From Squalus acanthias (taxonomy: Eukaryota), in NCBI GenBank assembly GCA_030390025.1, contig CM059432.1:148802001-148866000 (forward strand): a DNA stretch of 64,000 nt. Reading direction: 5' to 3'. The translations under genes were made by a program, and so were the position numbers. Below are positions 13,621-25,959 of the stretch, in pieces. Each line of letters starts with the position of its first letter. The first letter of the stretch is position 1. The notes under the pieces are model-generated. The model had not been told where the DNA came from and made no database searches. It saw only the letters and a list, made by a program, of their open reading frames with translations.

Positions 13621-14612
13621 TTCCACATTTCACTTGAGCATAACGCGCTCAAGTGAAATGTGGAAATCAGCGGGTTGGAGCTGGCTGCCCGCCACACTGT
13701 CAATTTTATCGGTTTTAACCCCCTCTGCCGCTCTCAAACCCACATGCTCCTGCTCATTAAAATCCACGCAACAGCTTTGCTTGACTTTTAGAAACACTCG
13801 CCAAGCCTTGACCTGCCTTCTGCTCTCCCGTTTGTGAAAATACAGCGAAAGAAGAAGTAATGTCGCAAAATTAAAGTGGCATTGACCCGGAGAGAGTTAT
13901 GTCTGTACTTAAAACTTATTATTGTAATCTTAAGCTGTGTTGCACAACTTGACTGCTGAACCCCATCATAATCGATCTTCATTACATTTATTTGGCTCTT
14001 CAAGGCGTTTATTTTATGTTCTTCCATTTTAAGGAGCTGTTTATTACGGCTCTACAACCAGCCACGACAAGGAAGAACTTGTAGCATCTTTCACATCCTC
14101 AGGATGTCCCAAAGCTCTTCACAGCCAAGGAAGTACTTTTGAAATGTAGTCACTGTTGTAATGTAGGCAAACGCAGCAGCCAATTTGCGCACAGCAAGGT
14201 CCCACAAACAGCAATGAGATACATGACCAGATAATCTGTTTCTGTGGTGTTGATTAAGGGATAAATATTGGCCAGGACACCGGGAGAACTCTCCTGTTCT
14301 TCTTCAAATAGTGCTACGGTATCTTTTACATCCACCCGAACAGGCAGTTTAACATCTGACCCAAAAGGCTTAACCTCTAACTCCCTCACTATTATAATGA
14401 AGTGTCAGCCTAGATTACATGCTCAAGTCCTGGAGTCCTTGCCCTTCTGATGCAGAGGTAAGAGTGCTACCAACTGAGCTGAGCTGACACTCGGAGTCCA
14501 CATCCCTAGAATGGCTGCAACTGGGAAACTGGTGGCATGGGGGGTCCACTGGAATGAACCTGCATCCTGTCAGCGTGTGGCATATAAAGTTACTCTGGTC
14601 CTGGAGTGCTTT

Positions 14613-14813
14613 AACCAAATCCCAGCCACACATCGGCAACCAAATCCCAGCCACACATCTGCAACCAAATCCCAGCCACACATCTGCAACCAAATCCCAG
14701 CCACACATCTGCAACCAAATCCCAGCCACACATCTGCAACCAAATCCCAGCCACACATCTGCAACCAAATCCCAGCCACACATCTGCAACCAAATCCCAG
14801 CCACACATCTGCA
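14613..14813. repeat. Minisatellite, 25-bp unit x 8, in ITGA9 intron 2
   Basis: Unit AACCAAATCCCAGCCACACATCTGC, near-perfect copies. Confidence 0.95.
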
Positions 14814-16507
14814 AAGGTGAAGGTTTTTTCCCAGCTGGGGGTCACAATATACAAATTGATTTGCTTCTACCAACTTAAGGCTGTAAGTATTCCCAAACCT
14901 ACAGGATATACTACAACTCTCTTCAGAGCACCAAGGTGCAGGAGACAGATCCTCCACTCTAAGTAATTAGGTATGAAAACCAACTTGGACGATAACTAAA
15001 ATCCTAATGTATGATTGGCCGAGGGGTTGTCAAATGTGCAAAGTGGTTTTTGTCATTCCCTACTGAGTGATATCAGTGGGAATAGCTTTCAGTGAGTGAC
15101 CTTAGTGCTAAACAGAATCAACTACTGATCAGTAATGTCACAAACATAGACAGTCTAAACAAAACATGCGCAGAAAACTCCCATAAAAGTAATAGTGTAA
15201 TCCTGTCATCTAACACATTGGGCCATCAGGTTGCTCCATTGCCTGAACCAAACTAGGGCCAGAATTAAAGTGCTGTCTTTAGCACTTTAGCCTGCTGGTT
15301 ATGGTACTGGACTGGCAGCCCAGAAGTCAGGAGTTCATACTCCACCAGAGCAAACTGATAAACTGAATACAATAAATCTGGTCATTGTGGGTTGCCACCA
15401 GAGAAAATGACCATGAAAGCGACTGGATTGTGGTAGAAACTCAAGTGGTTCACGAATGCCCTTCAGGGAAGGGAACCTGTCACCCCTACCTGGTCTGGTC
15501 TACATGTAACAGCAGTCCCATTTGATATGATTGACTCTTAATGCCGGCAGAGCAACTAGGGATGGGCAATAAATTCTCCCTTGCCAGTGTTGCCCAAATC
15601 CCAAGAACAAATGTAAAAAAAACTTTGTCAACTTTTACAGTGATGTTTGTTTGGATGCAACACAAATGATGTATGCACAGAAAAAAAATTCAAGTTTATC
15701 AAATGTGATTGACTCTTAATGCCCTCAGGACATCTAGGGATGGCCAATAAATGCTGCCTTGTTCTGCAGGGACGATCACAACTGTTAAAGGGTATATTTT
15801 CCCAGTTACTAGCTCCAAGGAAGAGTTCTTACAACGCAATACTCCAAGCCAATCTAGGTCCTCAGCCTGCTCATAAACACCCTGAAAGGCGATGATGCCC
15901 CTTTCACAGGAGGTTAAGCCAAGTGCACACAACTGGGTATAAATCAGGGCCTCACATGTAAAAGGTGTTGATGGTTGAGTCTGGCTTTACACCTTCGGCC
16001 CTGAAGGGAGCGTTAGGATCCAGCACCAAACCTTTTTATTAAAGGCTGAACTAGCAAGCTTTAGCCATTCATGATATTAATTTCACAAGGTCCTTTATAA
16101 ATGCCTGTGATTAACAGACATACTTATAATATGTTATTTCTGATATTTCTGCATGGAATAACCTTTGACGTGAAATTATAAAATTCTTAGATGATAAAAG
16201 TTACAGAGCTGATGATGGGATCGTTGGGCCTCCTGTGTGAGGCTGTGTCTTCAGCTCACTTCACTCTCCCATAATATCACTTTATACTTCAACACTATCC
16301 TTCAATTTAATGCATTCTTTGTGTTCAATTCTGCAACAGTTTGCTGGGCTGTTGTAACTGTAAATTTTACATGACCCCGAACACTGCCTCCAAAATCATC
16401 TCAGGAGACTTTGTTGAATGTCATATCTTTTTTGAAGCAATCCTGTGTGATTGTCAAATGAGCAGAGATAATGCAGTGCTCTACCTGGTCATGGAATGAA
16501 AGTGTAA

Positions 16508-16557
16508 ATGTGTGTGTATGTGAGTGAGAGAGAGAGAGAGAGAGACAGAGAGATAGA
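16508..16557. repeat. (TG)n(GA)n compound microsatellite
   Basis: TGTGTGTGTATGTGAGTGAGAGAGAGAG... Confidence 0.8.
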
Positions 16558-17062
16558 TTACCAGCTTGTAAACATTTTATAAAGGAGCTAAAGGCTGGGA
16601 GGTACGAACAGAATCTTCCACAATGACTGATCCAAGCAGAAGTAATAGATTCTCAGAGCATTGGTCTAACCATTCAATTAACCCCATCACATATGGACCA
16701 CAGCTCAGGGGGAGGGTGTCTTTTCCTGTTTGAAAATATTTTAAGTAAATTTAACCCCCACCCGCCTCCCCAGTCACCCCCAAACATGGGGGGGGGGGGC
16801 AGGCTATGGGTCCACAAGTAATTAGCACGATTGCGTTAAAAATACAGAGAGATTTATCCGGATTTACAACAATAACAGTCCAGGAGCGATAGTGACATGC
16901 AGCAAAATTGTTTCACACTGTGTCCCTGTGCACTCTCGCTGTCTGAATGATGGGGCACTGCCTCACGTGTAGTGTTAGATACAATCTAAGCTGCACCGTT
17001 ATAATTCAGGAAGAGAAAACAAGTTCTTTAAAAAAAAAAGTTTTTTAAAAAGAGAGACTAAC

Positions 17063-17190
17063 CTCGACCCAGATCCAACTCTGTACATCTCTTCTCAGGG
17101 TTACTGTGAATTCGACATTTATACACAGCTCCCGGGGACAGCACAGACGAGCTATAGGTAGAGTTAGCCTGGGGGGCCCCAACCAGAACC
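17063..17190 (-). CDS. ITGA9: Integrin alpha-9 exon 2 (128 nt)
   Basis: Acceptor ttctacag|G; encodes (W)VLVGAPQANSTYSSSVLSPGAVYKCRIHSNPEKRCTELDLGR(G); donor G|GTTAGT. Phases join exons 1 and 3 in frame. Confidence 0.96.
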
Positions 17191-17569
17191 CTGTAGAAAT
17201 TACAGCACATTACACCACAGAGAAAATCTTTTCTCAAGCATCTGCACATCCAAATATAGCAACACACACAGGTAGAAGAGTTCGGCAGTCCCTTGCTGGC
17301 CACTGTCAACAGGGTAAATTCACACTTCTTAAATAAACTGGAGGAAACACCTTAAAAGTGTTGGGAGATTGAGTGATTCCGGCCTTTTTGTGGGCTGCAA
17401 TCAGTGAACTTGCTGGGTGCATGGAGCAGTCAGCCTGCTCATCCAATGCTCGCCCCCTCGGTTTTACCTTCAGAATGACAAACATCTCGGCTACCGAGGA
17501 ATCTCTCCGTTACAAAGCAGGGACATTACAGTCACACCGACTGCAATTTCCTGCAGTTAGTATTGTGGC

Positions 17570-17683
17570 AGAGTGAGAGAGGGAGAGAGGGGGAGAAGGG
17601 GAGAGGGAGAAGGGGAGGGAGAGGGGAGAGGGGGAGGGAGAAGAGGAGGGAGGGGGAGAAGGGGAGAGGGAGAAGGGGGGGGA
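17570..17683. repeat. Polypurine/polypyrimidine tract in ITGA9 intron 1
   Basis: About 110 nt of almost pure G/A with recurring GGGGAGAGGGAGAAG units. Confidence 0.85.
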
Positions 17684-17754
17684 GCTGCCCAACCGAGGGC
17701 TCCAGGCGCAGAAAATGCAACGCCGAGTTGAAACTTGCTTCTTGTGCTACTCAC

Positions 17755-17930
17755 CAGCGTGTGTTGTCGTGAAAATGCTCCAGCACGGAGTAGCCAAAGA
17801 AAGTGCCACTGGTTCCCCGAAACACCACTGGCTGATCCAGGTCGATGTTGTAGGAATGCGCCAAAGCCAACCAAATTAAAGCCGCGCAGAGTTTCAAGAA
17901 CTTCATATCCTCCCCAAGCAGCCCATCCAT
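17755..17930 (-). CDS. ITGA9: Integrin alpha-9 coding exon 1 (signal peptide and start of beta-propeller)
   Basis: Translates (MDGLLGED)MKFLKLCAALIWLALAHS-YNIDLDQPVVFRGTSGTFFGYSVLEHFHDNTRW, matching the recalled human ITGA9 ...FFGYAVLEHFHDNTRW. Ends TG|GTGAGT (phase 2). In-frame ATGs at 17930 and 17906. Confidence 0.95.
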
Positions 17931-18499
17931 TCCCCACTTCACCACAAGCAAAAACAGAAGTTCCTTCAAGGGTGGTTGGAGGAGGGAGGGGGAGGTCTCC
18001 ACAGCGAATAGACGGAGCACAAATAAATCCTGAAGGGTGAACCAAAAGGATTTGGTTAGTTGGCAAGGCGGCTGGTCTGTGTTCAGAGGCTCTGATCAAC
18101 TCTCACACACTGACTGAGAGGAGCAGAGCTGCTGGCCTCTGATCATCTGACTGGCTGGGAGTGGACTGAGGAGCCCAGACTCCAACCACAGAGCAAAGAC
18201 GCCACACACCGACCGCTGCCGAGAAGTTTTCTACAAAGTTTTCTGCTTCCCCCAGCCTAGACTACGATATTTAACCCTTTGCCTTCACAATCCTGGATCC
18301 AAACTGCAACAAATGAATTTTTTTTTAACACAGCCTGTTGAACAGACACACTCTGAGATTCCCAGTCAATCTTCATAAAAAAAGCTGGATATCGTTTGTT
18401 TAAAACGCATCGAAGTTGCATTTGTTTCGTCCAAAAAAAAAACCCCACTTCGCGGACAAAGAATGAATGTTTTTTTCAAGTCGAGTCCTGGTTGTTGTT

Positions 18500-19120
18500 G
18501 TAGACAAACAGCGCAAGCAAGATCCCACAGAAAGCAAATGAGATAGTCTGCTTTCAGCGGTGTTGGTTGAGGGGGGAATGTTGGCCAAGACACCAGGAGA
18601 ACTCTGAAATAAAAACAGAAAATGCTGGAAATACTCAGCAGGTCAGGCAGGATCTGTGGAGAGAGAAACAGAGTTAACTTGTCCCATGACCATCTCCTTT
18701 TGCCTCGCACCATCATCCCTTTTGTCTTTTAATCTCTCCTGCCTTCCATCCTATCACAGACCTTCCCTTTTGTTCTTTCCTCCCCTCCCCCCTCTCCCTG
18801 CCCCTACACTTGCTTAAAAACCTGTTCCATCTCCAACTTTTTCCAGTTCTGACAAAGGGTCATCGATCTGAAACGTTAACTCTGTTTCTCTCTCCACAGA
18901 TGCTGCCTGGCCTGCTGAGTATTTCCAGCATTTTCTGTTTTTATTTCAGATTTCCAGCATCCGCAGTATTTTGCTTTTGTACCAGGAGAACTCTCCTGCT
19001 CATCTTCCAATAGTACCATGGGATCTTTAATATCCATCTAAAGAGAGAGATGGGGCTTCAGTTCAATGTCTCAACTGAAGGCAGCACTTCCAACAATGCA
19101 GCACTCCCTCAGTAGTGCAC
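18500..19120 (-). mobile_element. Degenerate Deu-domain SINE interrupted by a PLE, upstream of ITGA9 exon 1
   Basis: CCCACAGAAAGCAAATGAGATA..TTGGCCAAGAC[TSD]CCTGCTCATCTTCCAATAGTACCATGGGATC..GCAGCACTCCCTCAG. Confidence 0.75.
18606..18980 (+). mobile_element. Non-coding PLE insertion (short inverted arm plus pLTR) inside a Deu-SINE
   Basis: 14-bp TSD ACCAGGAGAACTCT at 18592-18605 and 18981-18994; sequence matches the pLTR at ~38060-38365. Confidence 0.88.
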
Positions 19121-19729
19121 TGAGTAGATGCATTCATATCTGAACTTTCCTTGAAGTTGATGATTAAAATTGTGTACTACTGCGAACATGTTGCTACCAA
19201 TTTTATTCACTTTAACCTTGAATGTCTTTTTATCAATAATTAAAACAGAAAATTAAAGATAATGGAGAGAGAGTGAATCCCACAAAGAGCAAGAAGGCTG
19301 GCTGTTCCTGAATCAGATTGATTTCGTGTGCAATTGAGAAGTTGTTTTTTCGCTTATCTTCGAGCACCGCTACTGTTTTCTCATCTCTGAATAAGTAACA
19401 TATTGGAGCACAATGTAAAAACAGAACACACATGTGACGTATCACTGACCTTTAGGGGTACTGGATAATACAGTGGATTTAATTCCACGAGGACTTGGTT
19501 TCAAATCCAGCCCAAATTGATCTCAGTATCTTCTGTCTGTTGACTCCAAGGCCTAGAAATTGGATGAGGCCCGAAGATGGGCAGTGTCATGGGCCAGCGC
19601 TAAACGCGCTGCTGATCGGCTTAGCGCTGAACAGGGGGGCCAATATTGGGTGCAGTCTAATGGCCAGTAATGTTTGTCCGAGGCTCACCACACTACTTAA
19701 AGGGGAGGTGCTTTGTTGCAGCAGCACCT

Positions 19730-22700
19730 CATTGTCAGTCAGGCGGAAGGCGTGGTTCAGCAACAGAGGGAGAAAGCACGAAGGTTCTTGGATGCTGCAC
19801 TGGAGGCCTTGGCCGTTCAAAGAAGGCGGGCTGTACTGTTCCCGCAGGGTGGCAGGAAGCCATCCAAGGCTACAAGTAGAAGGCTCTGGCAGGAGATAGC
19901 TGACTCCGTCACGGCCACCAGTGTGGTTCCAAGGACGTGGATCCAGTGCCGAAAGCAGTTTAATGGCCTCACACGGCAGGTCAAGGTGGATGAAGGCTTC
20001 AGCAAATGCCATATCCCACCATCTGCACCACAAGCCTCACACACTGCTCAATGCACCACACCTCCATCAGTCACCCAACAACAATCTCTACCTATCACCA
20101 CTCAGACCTCACAATCATAGCTTCACTTCACCCTCACAACCTTACCACTGCTGCAACACTCACACCCACATCTCACACTTTGCACACACTGACAGCTATT
20201 CAATTATGGCAGGCACATCAGCCAAACACATTACACCACACTCACTGACACACTTCACCCAAACACATTGCACCACACTCACTGACACACTTCACCCAAA
20301 CACATTGCACCACACTCACTGACACACTTCACCCAACCACATTGCACCACACTCACTGACACACTTCACCCAAACACATTGCACCACACTCACTGACACA
20401 CACTTCACCCAACCACATTGCACCACACTCACTGACACACTTCACCCAAACACATTGCACCACACTCACTGACACACACATCACCCAAACACATTGCACC
20501 ACACTCACTGACACACTTCACCCAAACACATTGCACCACACTCACTGACACACATCACCCAAACACATTGCACCACACTCACTGACACACATCACCCAAA
20601 CACATTGCACCGCACTCACTGACACACTTCACCCAAACACATTGCACCACACTCACTGACACACTTCACCCAACCACATTGCACCACACTCACTGACACA
20701 CTTCACCCAAACACATTGCACCACACTCACTGACACACACATCACCCAAACACATTGCACCACACACACTGACACACATCACCCAAACACATTGCACCAC
20801 ACTCACTGACACACTTCACCCAAACACATTGCACTACACTCACTGACACACACTTCACCCAAACACATTGCACCACACTCACTGACACACACATCACCCA
20901 AACACATTGCACCACACTCACTGACACACACTTCACCCAAACACATTGCACCACACTCACTGACACACTTCACCCAAACACATTGCACCACACTCACTGA
21001 CACACTTCACCCAAACACATTGCACGACACTCACTGACACACACATCACCCAAACACATTGCACCACACTCACTGACACACACATCACCCAAACACATTG
21101 CACCACACTCACTGACACACACATCACCCAAACACATTGCACGACACTCACTGACACACACATCACCCAAACACATTGCACCACACTCACTGACACACTT
21201 CACCCAAACACATTGCACCACACTCACTGACACACACATCACCCAAACACATTGCACGACACTCACTGACACACACATCACCCAAACACATTGCACCACA
21301 CTCACTGACACACACATCACCCAAACACATTGCACCACACTCACTGACACACACATCACCCAAACACATTGCACCACACTCACTGACACACACATCACCC
21401 AAACACATTGCACCACACTCACTGACACACACATCACCCAAACACATTGCACCACACTCACTGACACACACATCACCCAAACACATTGCACCACACTCAC
21501 TGACACACTTCACCCAAACACATTGCACCACACTCACTGACACACTTCCCTCTCTCTTGCAGGCAAAGGTGGCACAGAACAGGAGGGAGCAGCGGCAGAC
21601 AGGGGGTGGTCAAGCCTCTATACAGAACCTTCAGCCACCTGGACGAGTCCATGCTCGACATCATTGGAGGGGCAGTGACGGAGGCCGTGGCCACGAGAGA
21701 ATTTGAAGCCGTTGCTGATGATGATGGTCTGGTCATTCGTAATCCTTCTTCTCACATCCCAATTCACCTCATCCCACAATCTCTTCTCACTTACAAGCTG
21801 CATGGATATCTTGATTTTCCCCCCCTCCCTCCCCACAACTCAACTATTGTGCTTTTCTGCTTTCAGATACCCAAGAACTGCTAGCAGGCCAGCCTGTCCC
21901 TCATGCTGTGCAGGAGAAGAAGACGACGACTCGCCGTCACTGCATCTGACACTCGCAGACACCAGCTCAGAAACTGGCACTGCGCGGAATGTAGAGGGTA
22001 TTATAGATGCGGGATCTGCACAGGGTGAGGCACCGGGCACGAGTGGGCTGTAGCCAGGCCAGGGGGAGAGGGTAGCTCGGGGTCCAGCTCCCCGGAGGGC
22101 GAGTTCACGCACGAGTTCTGCTGCACACGATTCAGATGATGACCTCGACGGGGCAGCCTTCGGAAGAAGCTTGATGGGCATGCACACGGAAATGCTAGGT
22201 GCAATGACAAGCCTGCCAGAGAGCCTCTTGTCAATGTCATAGAGCATGAACGAGTTCGGCTCCAACATTGGATGGGACTTTTCGCAGAGCTTGGAGCCCA
22301 TAATATACAGAATAGAAATGATGGACAACTCCAGGAGAGACCTTGTCGATCCAGCCATGATGCTGGGTGTGATGGGCGATGTCGCGGCTTACGTTGCAGC
22401 ACAGGCAGAAGCGACCCAATGTCTCAGTGGTGGCACGCAAGCTCAGACTGCTGCCATCGTGGCTGGGTTTACCAGTGTCGAAAGGGGCTTGCAGGGTGTC
22501 GCAGCAGTCCAACAATCTGTCCTCCTACAGATTGCTAGGAATGTGGAGGCGCCGCCCCGGGGGAGTGGCAATGGGTCTGTGGAGCAGGAACCTGCTGTCC
22601 TCTCTCAGGATGACAGCATTCCTGCTCCCACCACTGCCACGCCGCCATTACCCTTGCCACTGCCTGTCAGTCAGCCAGCGCAGACAGCTGCCACCCATTC

Positions 22701-22869
22701 CAAGGTGGTGCAGTCTACAGCCGGGCCTTCTAGGTCCACAGCTGGTCGAGGTCATCCTTCAAGGCCATCTGTAGTCTCCCCCATGGAAAGTCAGCAGCCT
22801 TCAACCAGCCATGCTGCAGCCACTGGGGGAGCACTGCGTAGGAGCACTAGAGTAAGCAAAGGCACATGA
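19730..22869 (+). pseudogene. Harbinger Myb/SANT-like gene of copy 2 (spliced, disrupted)
   Basis: REKARRFLDAALEAL...LWQEIADSVTATSVVPRTWIQCRKQFNGL. Acceptor ctctcttgcag at ~21562 followed by AKVAQNRREQRQTGGG. Long last segment ends ALRRSTRVSKGT*. Confidence 0.8.
20222..21548. repeat. Minisatellite, 37/39-bp unit, about 35 copies
   Basis: Unit CACCACACTCACTGACACAC(AC)[T/A]TCACCCAAACACATTG, inside the Harbinger Myb-gene intron. Confidence 0.95.
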
Positions 22870-22883
22870 ACGACAGACACTAA

Positions 22884-23474
22884 GGCTGGATTTTGACGGC
22901 ACTCAGAGTGCGGGTTTGGAGGCGGGTCCGCTGTCAAAATAGCAAAGATTGACAGCGGGTAGGAAACCCGCTGTCAACCCGCCTCCAAACAATTTTCCCA
23001 AGTGTCGGGTCCCCGATTTGTGAATGGACCCGACACCTAGTGGCGGGAAGAGGATTAAAGGCAATTACCTGCCTATTAACAGGTAGTTGCCCGTAGTTGA
23101 CAGCCTATTTTTGAATTTTGCCGCTTCTGGCTCGGGCTTCCCGATGTCCGGACACCACGCCAGGTCATTGGAGAGCCTGGATGCAAGAGTTCACCTTTGT
23201 GCAGTGATTGTCAATGTTTTCAGCACCTCAATGCTGTCAAACACTGAGAAATCAACTGTCAACAAAAAATTGTGCGTGGTCCCTTTAAGGAAACCGGCCG
23301 ATGACGCGTCATCAAATGACGTCATCTGACCCACTTCCTCTTAATTGGCTGGCAAGCCCGCAGGGCGGGCTTAACAAGGCCAAATCTGTGGGCCGGATGC
23401 AGTTGGGGGCGGGACTGGAAGCCGGAAACCAGCTGACCCACTCCCAACCCGCCTCCATTGATAAAATCGCGGCC
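22884..23474. mobile_element. Non-autonomous Harbinger-type MITE nested in Harbinger copy 2
   Basis: Ends GGCTGGATTTT / AAAATCGCGGCC, flanked by TAA / CAA. Non-coding, with repeated GCGGG/CCCGC subterminal motifs. Confidence 0.6.
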
Positions 23475-23649
23475 CAAGGGATTGCACAATATTGTAATGT
23501 TGATTGGATTGTGAAAAATGTATTAATTTTGTTTGGAATGTGTGTTTTTGGTGGCTCTCATTTCAACTTTGTGCTGAGGAGGACGCTGTGATGTTCCATG
23601 ACAGAGGGATGGTATGATGGGAATGTGGTGAGCAACGGGGATCTGGGGT

Positions 23650-24792
23650 TTCATTCACTGGAATCGGAGTCTGATGAGGCGCTCACTGACAGCCCGTCCA
23701 GAATGGGGATCTGCTTTTTGCCTCCTCCTCATCTTCTTCTTCTTCCTGCTCCTCCTCCTTAGGTGGTCCCGCAATCCCTGGTGGCAAGGGCTGTGCCCTT
23801 ATGAAGGTTAAGTTGTGAAGCATGCAGCAGACCACCACATGAAATGGGACACCCGCTTTTGAGAATTGGAGGAGTCCCCCCGAGCGGTCAAGGCAGCAGA
23901 ACTGATGCTTCAGCAGCCCAATGGTCTGCTCAATAGCGTTCCTGCTGGCAGCATGGTTCTCATTATATGATTGCTGGCTATGAGTGATGGGGTTGCAGAG
24001 GGGAGTCATCAGCCAGGTTAGAACAGATAGCCCTTGTCTCCGAGCAGCCACCCTCGGGTTTGATGTGGTGGTTGGAAGATTGCTGGCGCACCGGACTGGC
24101 GCAGGATGAAGACATCATGACTGCGGGCAGGATAGCGGGCATTGACCATCATGATGAGATGGGTGTGGTTGCACACCAACTACACATTAAGTGAGCGGTA
24201 GCCTTTGTGGTTATGGAATATCTCAGGATTGTTATGCAGTACCCCCAAAGCCATGTGGGTGCTGTTGATGGCGTCCTGCACCATGGGGAAGCCCGCTATC
24301 CTGGCAGGTCCACATGCGTGCTCCTCCTGCTTCTCTCTGTTCAGAGAGAAGACAACGTAGACCCTTCTCCTGGTGTAGAGAGACCTCTGTGACCTCCCAA
24401 ATGCAGCAATGGACAGCGAACTGGAGATGTTAGCTATGTCTCCTGCTGTAGACTGGTAGGATCCGCTGGCGAAGAAATTGAGGATCACGGTGACTTTTAG
24501 GGCCACTGAGAAAGCCGTGGTTGCCCTGCTCTGAGGCTGCAGGTCTGGTTGCAGGAGGTGGCAGAGTTCTGTGACCACCTCCTTGGTGAAGCGGAGCCAC
24601 CTAATACACTGTTCCTCGCTTAAGTGGAGGTAAGAGAAGTGATCTCGGCAGACCCTAGGTGGGTAAGGCCTCCTGTTTAGAGCTCTCCTCACCATCCTCT
24701 TCCTCCATCTGTGAGCATCTTCTCTCTTCGCTGCCTCCACTCCCTATCCGAAGATACTCGAGCACAAGGGGGACTGCCAGTAGAGCCCCCAT
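23650..24792 (-). pseudogene. Harbinger DDE transposase of copy 2, frameshifted
   Basis: LSEEQCIRWLRFTKEVVTELCHLL; AGFPMVQDAINSTHMAL; NHKGYRSLNV; YNENHAASRNAIEQTIGLLKHQFCCLD; VVCCMLHN. Confidence 0.9.
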
Positions 24793-25959
24793 GTCTGGGA
24801 GCAAGTGGTGTGAGCAGAAGCCTTTAAATGAGAATGAAGATTTTTCCACTTGCACCAACACTCTCTGTCACATCAGGAACTTGAAACAAGTTCAGAAAGC
24901 TGCAAAAGTTGTAGAAAGTTCCACAGAGCCGGTCAAACTGAGAAACGATGTCAGCTGCAAGTTGTTGATGAGGATCCCTTTAAATATCGCTGCTGGAGTC
25001 TCCTTCCTGCTACTGAACGCTTGGTCAGATGGTTGTGATTAAGAGAGGGCAGTAAGTGGAGCAGCGACGGTGAAAATGGCAGATCGGGCGTCAAGTGAGT
25101 GTTGCACACTCACTGACGTCACAATCTGCCTAATCGAAATATCTACAGCGAGGGCAGGCATCGGCAGTGCTGCCAACCTGCCCAAAATGGCAGCCGTCAC
25201 GGGACCCACCGGAAGCGAGGCGGCCGCCATTTTTCCTTCATAATGGGCCTTAACGGCCAGCGCTAAACCCCAAATTTCTAGGCCTAAGAATCCTACGCGT
25301 AGGGAGTTTGAGCAGTCTCAATCCAGTTCCTAGGAGGCAAACTGCCAGGAATTGTTTGAACTCTTGTATCTGCGTTATGCTGCTGGTGTTCATGTTTGGA
25401 GGCATTTAAGATCATAGAGGTACAGCTTGCCTATCGCTGTGTGGTAAAAAGGGCCAATTTTGAACCATATACTTTTGCACCTGGTGATTTAAAAAAATCT
25501 GAATCAGTCTAATTCAGATTAATTTATGATTGATTTGGAACGTGCTACCGGAACAACTTTCCCCTTTACGGAGCTGTCAGCTTGGCTCAGTGATAGCATT
25601 CTCACCTCCAGATCAGAAGGTTGTGGGTTCAAGCCGCAGTCCAAGACATGAGCACACAGTCGATGCTGACATTTCAGTGCAGTACTCACGGAGTGCAGCA
25701 CTACCACAGGTGCTGTCTTTCAGATGAAATGTTAAACCAAGACTCTGCTTGATTGGATTTAAAAGATCCCATGGTACTATTTGAAGAAGAGCAGGGAATT
25801 GTTCCTGGCCAGCTTTCATTCTTCACCCAACACCAATTAGCTGCTGTGTTCACCTACATAACAACAGTAACCATGCTGCACCATATTAAAGCAAGATCTT
25901 TCTCTTAGTGCCATGGCCACCTGTAGCAGCATGCATGCATTTTGTGCAGCGCCATGCCT

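Larger units (their letters stand above)
8684..13770. mobile_element. PIF/Harbinger DNA transposon copy 1 (decayed), in ITGA9 intron 2
   Basis: Imperfect TIRs GGCTTGGATTTTAATGCGCAG / CTGCTCATTAAAATCCACGCA. Convergent Myb/SANT gene (+) and HARBI-type DDE transposase (-). Contains nested PLE and LINE fragments. Confidence 0.85.
19550..25284. mobile_element. PIF/Harbinger DNA transposon copy 2 (decayed, different family), ~1.6 kb upstream of the ITGA9 ATG
   Basis: TIRs GGCCTAGAAATT / AATTTCTAGGCC flanked by CAA / TAA (3-bp TAA-type TSD, one mismatch). Convergent Myb and transposase genes. Confidence 0.9.

Noticed and set aside
14415..14966. Long repetitive ORFs and superficial CRISPR-like periodicity
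   Set aside because: Head-to-tail 25-bp minisatellite with no unique spacers; the ORFs are read-throughs of the repeat; eukaryotic context with no cas genes.
18845..18881. Additional hammerhead copies (also ~48137-48173 and ~9207-9245)
   Set aside because: Catalytic core mutated (CTGACAA, or AAAA for GAAA); probably inactive.
20742..21543. Cys/Val-rich ORFs (MSVSVVQCVWV...)
   Set aside because: Translations of the 37/39-bp minisatellite.
23683..24740. Host HARBI1 gene
   Set aside because: Frameshifted, enclosed by TIRs and paired with a Myb gene, so a transposon copy rather than the domesticated gene.
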